Source of the DNA: Ophelia neglecta
Lineage: Eukaryota
Assembly (NCBI GenBank): GCA_965285935.1
Contig: OZ260667.1
Location: 29,574,001-29,638,000 of the forward strand
Direction of reading: 5' to 3'
DNA length: 64,000 bases
The first letter of the stretch is position 1. Every line of letters begins with the position of its first letter. The translations under genes and the position numbers were made by a program. The notes below the pieces were generated by a model. The model was not told where the DNA came from and made no database searches. It was given only the letters and a program-made list of their open reading frames with translations. This document shows positions 56,848 to 64,000 of this stretch, in pieces.

Positions 56848-57656
56848 TGGGCGCCCGTTAGCAGTATCGTCTTAAAGCTGGACTGGACAGGACTCGTGGA
56901 CTCATGGACTAATCATAAAACAAACCAACACAAGATATAATAATGTGGAAGAGAAGCTAATATTAAGTGAAGTTTTTTATGGCCAAGGCCTAGGCCAGTC
57001 TGTTTGAAGTGGCACCCCTCTCCCAAGGAAAATTGGCCTAAACAGGTCTCCATTCATGGGGAAAAGCTGGAAGTTGATACATATGCAATTTATCACATAA
57101 CTCGTCGGTATGCAGTTGGTCATGGGCAATTATTGAAAGGAAACAAAACATGTTTACAAATTTGGAGCACAAATTTATTACGTAATTGTTTATTTAAGGA
57201 AATGACGGCCGTTTAGACACAATTGCCCACCATCGGTGAGCATGCTGTACATGACCAATGCTGAATGGTGTGAATATGTGAATGGTCGGATTGAGATGCT
57301 AAAATATATCAAAAGCATGGTGTACAAATGAAGGTCCGGAGATGACCGGGCATGAAATTTGTTTGTACATAGTTGGGGGGGGGGGGGGGGGGGAGCGGGA
57401 CGGGGGCGGGCGGTGCCAGAAAAATTGAGAGTGAATTAACCAGTGTCACGTTTGCACTGTCTGCTTAGGCAAGCTAAACTGACAAGGCCTCCTCTCTACT
57501 CAGCTGACGCTGGTAAGGGTAGAGCCCAACCTCAAATTTATTAGACTTGTAAATCACAGCGTTCAGATTTGCCGAAGTCGCCGAGGGTCAGCGCCACGAT
57601 GTTTAGTAACTCCGGTTTTTGTGGTCAGCAACCTTGACTCCCAATGATAGGACCAT
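56848..57656 (+). repeat. left long inverted repeat
   Basis: Starts GGGCGCCCGTT..GTATCGTCTTAAAGCTGGACTGGAC..GTGGACTCATGGACT and ends ..ATAGGACCAT. Reverse complement of 60885-61662. Confidence 0.9.
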
Positions 57657-58411
57657 GACTGATGAAATACCCAAACACATTGAACATGAAAGGCCCGAAC
57701 TGATAGCTGTGACTTCTCACACCAGTAAACTTTATTTTGCTCATTGACTTAAAAAAGATGATACTTTTATGCCTCTCCCGCAAAGAATAGTTGTATAGTA
57801 AACCGCATCCAAGTATTAGACACTGCAGTGACCGCCATTAAACACTAATTGTTAGTGAAAGGACCAATATTTAAGGTTGTGAAATTTATTCCCAGTTTTA
57901 CTCAGACTGCCTTTTGGTTAACATCGCTCTTCAGTTATCACACTTGAGTTAAACAACGGACTCCTGGTAAAATTGTTTGGATTGTTGTATCATTCTTTCC
58001 CTTTGTTTGTATATAATTCTATAGAATTGTTCTAAACATCATTAGGACTACTTTGGTGTTGTCCGAACCAATTATTTCGAAAAATATAGTTTATTGTATC
58101 AATAAAGTAATTTCTATTATTGTGTTATTATTCAAAACTCTTTGAAACATCACCTTGTAATTCTCCAGTATGTTTTGTATGCTATATGCCATCTAGATGA
58201 CTGCATGTTATTTTGGAACGCTCTGTAGTGGTCAGCTGCAGTGAAATTTGTAACCAGCTGTAGACACTTATAAGGCATATGTTAATGATCACATGATCAT
58301 GTTCAGCCAAGTGTGCCAGACATAGTCTGGGTTGGTCCTTTTCAGCCTGACCCTCCAGAGAGAAGGTAGTACATTTTGCCCACCTCCTCCCCTGCTCCAC
58401 CTGTCTTGTAA

Positions 58412-58526
58412 TTTTGTTTCGACATTTCTGAGGACATATTGTTCTAGTTTAATTTATATTAATTTGCATTTTTGTTTCGACATTTCTGATGACATATTAT
58501 TCTAGTTTAATTTATATTGATTTGCA
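58412..58526. repeat. 58-bp tandem duplication
   Basis: TTTTGTTTCGACATTTCTGA(G/T)GACATATT(G/A)TTCTAGTTTAATTTATATT(A/G)ATTTGCA at 58412 and 58470. Confidence 0.9.
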
Positions 58527-59231
58527 AGTGCATGTATGTTGTTCAAAACACTATTATCTACTCATTTGCAGTAAAATTGTGCATTTATTAATGTTCTTCT
58601 GTAAATGATATTACCAATACTCTTATGTGGTGGGTAAGTTCCCCCACCTTTGTGAATTAAAGACTTGTTATATTTCCAATATAACCATATTCAACACAGT
58701 CACGGCTTTGTTTTCATTCACAAATGTAACTGCGTCGCTCGGTAACACATAGGAATAGAAAAAATATTACCGTGGGATGGAAAATAAAAAAAGCAGTCAT
58801 GAAGCGCTTTGCACAAGCAAGTGAGAAAATAGATCCAATGTCCAATGTCTCGGGGTAAGTTAGAAATAAAACCATATAGGTCTATTTTCACTTTGATGCC
58901 AAATAATACACGCAGCCATGGCCGATTGAACTATGTTGCCATGCAACAATGAGGTTGTGTATTGTGTAATATATGCCATGAAAACTAATTGCATATAATT
59001 TAAGCTACAACCAGGTTTTATATTGGGTACACATCATAGGCTACGAACAGCAATTTGTTTTTAAATAGATCATTTCTAGTCACTTTATTGCTGTACAAAT
59101 AGGAAACTAGTTCTAATGCAGCTAGTAGGCATCATTTATATCATGATTGTAAGCTATTTCAATCCGTATTATTGACAACACACATATTTCAAGTATACAA
59201 AAGGTGACTTCTGATTATACCTTGGCTCATA

Positions 59232-59656
59232 AGGTTGGTAAAGGTGGCTGTGCCCACTGATAGCCACTGTATTTTACCTACTGTCCTTCACTGCTCTATT
59301 GTCACTGACAACTTGACTAGCGTGTAGCAGAGCATCCCGAATGAAGTGAAAGAAAAAAAAAATACTATGTGGAATTCTCTGGCGATGACAACCATGTCCT
59401 TCAAGAGATATGTGTCTGGTTAGAAGACATATGGTACCACCTTCCGTCTGTCGATTTGTCTGACCGTCCTTTGTAACACACTTGCCATTAAGCACCTGAC
59501 CGTCCTTTGTAACACACTTGCCATTAACATCACAGTGGTAGAGATAGTGAAAGAGCGTGTCAGAGAAACCAACTTGCTGCCAATACAGGGAAAAATGGAG
59601 GTGAAAAAAGGATCTGGATAATGAAAAGGGGTGACAACTATAATACCCTGTTAGTA
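59232..59656 (+). pseudogene. disrupted OTU-family cysteine protease (deubiquitinase-like) domain
   Basis: Manual frame-stitched translation: RLVKVAVPTDSHCILPTVLHCSIVTDNLTSV*QSIPNEVKEKK^YYVEFSGDDNHVLQEICVWLEDIWYHLPSVDL^LTVLCNTLAINITVVEIVKERVRETNLLPIQGKMEVK^RIWIMKRGDNYNTLLV. It follows the OTU pattern VPxDGxC..., Y..F, DL...L.N.L.I.I.V, I...GxHY..L. Lesions: TAG at 59325, frameshifts near 59362, 59459 and 59608, and an in-frame 36-bp duplication at 59460-59527. Confidence 0.65.
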
Positions 59657-60184
59657 GGGCAATTTCGACCCTGAAAGAAAGGCTGATGGTAAGATTGTTC
59701 ATATACATGTACATAATAATTTCTTCTTTACAAATACATGGTATAGGCCTAATCCTGCTTGCCTTAGAGGTATTAAATGATTTGGATCGGTAAAACCATA
59801 AGCTATATGGTGGGTACAGGAGAGCAACAAGCGTGGAGTCCTGCAATAAAAAAAAATTATACAAGAAAAGCATATTTGTTTAACAATTCTGAAGATTGAC
59901 AGCGGTAGCGCAAGCAGCCCAAACAAAAAGGATGGTGTTCACACTCGGGGAGTACAGACAAGGAGTCACCAGTATAGAGGGCACTGTTTCCATCAAGCCT
60001 CGTGAGTCCAACCTCTTTTCAATGAATTAAACTAATATGGTGTTTTCTACCTTGCACTAAAGAATGGTTTAGAATGTTGAGCAAGTAATACATGTATCTG
60101 CCTGAGCAAGGAAGACAACTCAAAGTCAGACCAAATAACTGTAGATTATAAAAGCTCATTTAACAAAACGATCTTTTTCAACAG

Positions 60185-60343
60185 GAAAATTATGACCAAG
60201 TGACCGACGCGAGTGAGAATCAAGAAGACGCTATTGCCTTGTCCAGTCCAGATAATGAGGATGATGCATCAAGCCTTACGGGGCACGAAATACTGTCAAG
60301 TTCAGATGAACGTTCTGATCAATCAAATATCAGTGCAATTTAA
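60185..60343 (+). pseudogene. candidate terminal exon (acidic/Ser-rich tail) of the element's OTU gene
   Basis: TTTTTCAACAG acceptor ending at 60184, then an open frame ENYDQVTDASENQEDAIALSSPDNEDDASSLTGHEILSSSDERSDQSNISAI-TAA. Upstream donors GTAAG (59689) and GTGAGT (60002), AATAAA at 60634. Phases do not join cleanly. Confidence 0.35.
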
Positions 60344-60884
60344 TGTTACGATAATATGAAATCTCTGCCGATTTTAGAAGCATCTGATGCAGTACTATTT
60401 AGTTTAAACATTTGCAATCATTACTAGAATCAAAGAAATAATTTCTTTGTTCAACTGTCCCTACTTTTATTTTCAAAAAGGCTGCATTTCTTGTCAGCGC
60501 CTACCAGGTCATTATAAATATTTACACTGACGGCTGGGTGTGTGGAAAAAAGGGGATATGAAAAGGTGTAAAGTGTAGGAAAGAATTATTATAGTAATCC
60601 TCAGATACATAACCAACTTTAAAATATGGTTGCAATAAATCATATCGACTGAAACGTTACAGTTTTGATCACAAACCTAATGACGATCTTCATATAATAC
60701 ATGTCATGCTCTCGGATCAATATGAACAGCAGTTAGTTAATATCTTTGGGAAAATATTACTTTCTACTTGGAGACAGACAGGTAATGGTTAAACCACACG
60801 GTTATTCATAAAAATACTGTGCTATATAAAGGACACAAGGCCCCACAATGTTAAAAATAAAGTCAGTAAAGGAAAGTACAAATT

Positions 60885-61662
60885 ATGGTCCTATTATTGA
60901 GAGTCAATGATGCTGGCCATAAAACCTGAGTTACTCAACATCGTGGCGCTGACCTTTAGAGACTTCCCCAAATCTGAACAATTTGTACTATGTCACAGGT
61001 CCAATAAATTTGAGGTTGGGCTCTACCCTTACCAGGGTCAGCTGAGTAGAGAGGAGGCCTTGTCAGTTTAGCTTCCCTAATCAGACAGTGCAAGCGTGTC
61101 GCTAATTAATTAACTCTCAATTTTTCTGGCACCGCCCGCCCCCGCCCCCCAGCCCCCACAACTATGTACAAACAAATCCTCATGCACAGACACCCCCGAA
61201 ATTTCATTTGAACACCTTGCTTCTGATACAATTTAGCATCTGAATCTGACCATTCACTTAGTCCAGCAATGGTCATGTACAGCAAGTTTACCGATGGTTG
61301 TCCATTTAGTCTAAACAGGCGTCATTTCTCTTTTAATACAACTATATTATAAATAATATTATAATAGCCCATGGCTTATGCATACAACGAGTATTGCGTT
61401 AAACTAGCATCTTTACCCACCACTAGCTTTCCCTCGACAATGGAGACTTGTTTAGGCCCACTTCCCTGGGAAAAGGGGTGCCACTTGAAACAGACTAGCC
61501 TAGGCTTGTCTTCGGCCTGGGCCATAAAACACTTCAATTCGCTTTTATTCCTGATCATAATATCAAGTGTTGCTTTGTTTTATAATCATTCAAGAGTCCA
61601 TGAGTCCACGGGTCCTTGAGTCCAGTCCAGTCCGGTTATTAGACCATACCAACGGCACCCCA
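60885..61662 (-). repeat. right long inverted repeat
   Basis: Starts ATGGTCCTAT on the plus strand and ends AGTCCATGAGTCCAC..GTCCAGTCCAGTCCGGTTATTAGACCATACCAACGGCACCCCA. Confidence 0.9.
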
Positions 61663-61699
61663 TAGTCCGAATTAAGTTTCCTGCCTTCCAAACTACAGC

Positions 61700-62660
61700 A
61701 CATAGTTTTTCCCCGTATAATGTTGCACGCCAAACAATTCGCTGTCAACAGCCTGGGCTAAATCAGCCTTAAGCATGTCATTAAAGAGTAATCCAAATCC
61801 AAAACCTGCTTTGACCTGGTAAAATCTATTTGTCTTTTTCGTTTACACAGTTTCATCTCTTTTCATTACAAAAGTTTCAAATACGTTCAGAAAGAACCGT
61901 CATATTTATAAAATGACCACAAACAATCTACAAAAGAATGTCCAACACTGGTCACAAACAAATGAGCATTCGGCGGTAATTTGAGACTTATACCCTTTCA
62001 TTTATCTTTTTAAGATAATCACCTAGACATTTTCAACATCTCTCAGTTCAGTTCCTGTGCCATTTAACGATGTTTAGTGACCCTCTATATACGAAGTACA
62101 TGTCAGAGGGTTTAGATCGATCCCCAGGTACTCCATATCTAAATGACTTTTATCCGAAATGCATATAGGCCTTCAACGATTATTGCACACAGTTTCCTAT
62201 CAGATATTTATTTTTGGAAAATAAATGTTTTCTAGCAACACCATGCATCTCCAAGTCGAATGTGTTAAACTCATTTATTCGAACACGAGACACCGGTCTC
62301 CAAGCACACTCTTTCTAATAGAAGTTTTCGATTTAATCAACGCGGGCTGTAGCAGTAGAATGGACTGTCGAGGCCTTAAACCACATTGGTTTGTGATCCG
62401 TAGGCTAGGTTGTTTTTTACCGACAAATGTAAACAATACCCATCATTCATTTCTATCGAAAAACTTCAATGCATTTGCAGAACTGATATATTTCTATGTG
62501 TCCCGAGTGCCTCCTTCTTTAAGAATATTTTTGGCACATTTCTACTCTTAGGGGATATCCTCAGACACGAAAGGAAAGTTTAAAATAGTCTTAGGGGATG
62601 GGCCAATGTGCAAGCCCTTCAGGTCCGGAAGCAGGAATCTTATCTCTCCCACTATTAAGA
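61700..62660 (-). mobile_element. highly decayed CR1/L2-type LINE reverse-transcriptase fragment
   Basis: Minus-strand remnants in the expected order: NQCGLRP (62392-62372, cf. NQxGFRP), then GVP-(x)G-SI*TL (62134-62106, cf. GVPQGSILGP). Many stops and frameshifts. Boundaries approximate. Confidence 0.6.
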
Positions 62661-64000
62661 AAAACAAACCAATTTCAATTACACTTCGGCATTATTTTCA
62701 CTTTAATAGGTACTCATTTATGAAGATAAATGATAATACCATAAGATAGCTTGTACCTTTTTTTTTACCTAAACGTATCGTATGTTTGAGCATTCAATTG
62801 ACATTAAATCATATCATGCTATTTACACATATCATACTCATAGATTACATATTGCATTGTGTGCATTTTCCTTGCCCCTTTTGCTATAAAATAAAACCAT
62901 CACGTCAATGTTCTGTTATAGCAAAACCTATCCCACAACAACATCACACGCTGTAACTTGGTAACCTATATTTCATAATTAACTTTCAACTTAGTTTAAG
63001 AAAAAAAATATCAAAGGGTCCTTAAGACAGGGACCGGATAAGAGTCTCCGGGGAAGCACACCGCAAAATGACATGAAACCCTTGACCAATATGAAATAGA
63101 TTGGGTTATAACGAGTGGCTACGGGCAAGTGTTCTCAGGTGGATTGGCTTGAAAGCATTAAAATTGGGATGAACGGACCCACTAACGTTACAAGATTGTC
63201 CAGCCTCCTTGTCCAGTTAAAGATTATCCTCATATATAATCATATTTAATGTTTACTACATTAGCACTTTGTTTCCATTCAGTTGACAAAACAGCCACTA
63301 AAGATGCACTTCTGAAAACCTTATTATTGTAAAGCTTTGTCCGAAGAATTAGCTTTCAATACAAAAAGACCTATCATTTTATCCTAATATATATTGATGG
63401 TCAGTTTGTGGGAACTTCTGGTCTTCCTTGCGAGCAATTCAATTCACTCCTCTCCTCATTGTCTAACTAGAATATACTGGCAACAACAAAAAAATCACAA
63501 GAGGCCATGAAAACACCGTTTCATAACAGGGTCTAAACAATGCTCTAAGAAAAATCTCTCAGCACTGCCTAGGAGAGCTCTACGTGCTGTTAAATACATT
63601 AGGAACGGTAGTGAATTGGTACAGAAGTCCATCGTCTCTCAGATGTCATACATTTGTTGATTAAACAAAAACCAGTAAAGACCTGATGCATCATCTTGAA
63701 CTCTGGGTCCACTGAATACTTGTCTGTTTCTACCGGGGTCTGTATACTTCACTGCCACATGCTGATATAATTTGCGGCTAAAGAACTCGGTAAACACATT
63801 TCGTAAATCATATTATCATTTGATAAGGTAAGAAAGAAAACACAGTTCTTCACATAATGAACATCGAGGTTGTCACTCGTGGACTGCCTCCCCGTTTGTC
63901 GACCTACTTTGCTTGCTCACTCCGGGTGGGGAGTGAGGTGACCTGCCACCTGTCACAGGTCCTTACTGCTCTTTAGAATCCACATAGGTTTGACATCTGT

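Larger units (their letters stand above)
56848..61662. mobile_element. ~4.8-kb decayed DNA-transposon-like element with ~810-bp terminal inverted repeats
   Basis: 56848-57656 aligns colinearly with the reverse complement of 60885-61662, with indels and roughly 70-80% identity by eye. Both outer ends carry GGACT/GGACTG sub-repeats. No clear TSD and no recognisable transposase. Confidence 0.75.

Noticed and set aside
57004-57216. Similar peptides (KWHP..PKQVSI..GKL) in ORFs 57004+ and 61376-
   Set aside because: This only reflects the DNA-level inverted repeat. Indels between the arms are not frame-preserving.

Overview
This is AT-rich eukaryotic genomic DNA, most likely from a marine invertebrate. 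A Meta-domain-type SINE and a Helentron-like repeat suggest a lophotrochozoan (inference). I found no intact protein-coding gene, rRNA, CRISPR array or prokaryotic operon structure, and the ORF track is consistent with chance or repeat-derived ORFs. The window reads as intergenic or intronic. It contains three minisatellite arrays (37, 42/43 and 21/22 bp units), each with higher-order periodicity. It also contains a TA-flanked Tc1/pogo-type MITE, a 5'-truncated SINE with a 14-bp TSD, a decayed CR1/L2-type LINE RT, tRNA-derived remnants, several CTCF-like motifs and a 161-N gap. The most notable structure is a ~4.8 kb element (56848-61662) bounded by ~810 bp diverged inverted repeats. It encloses a frameshifted OTU-family cysteine-protease (deubiquitinase-like) pseudogene that the ORF track does not show. 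The element's right terminus matches the unit of the 37-bp satellite 50 kb upstream at 23/28 nt. All alignments were done by eye, and family assignments need HMM or database confirmation.
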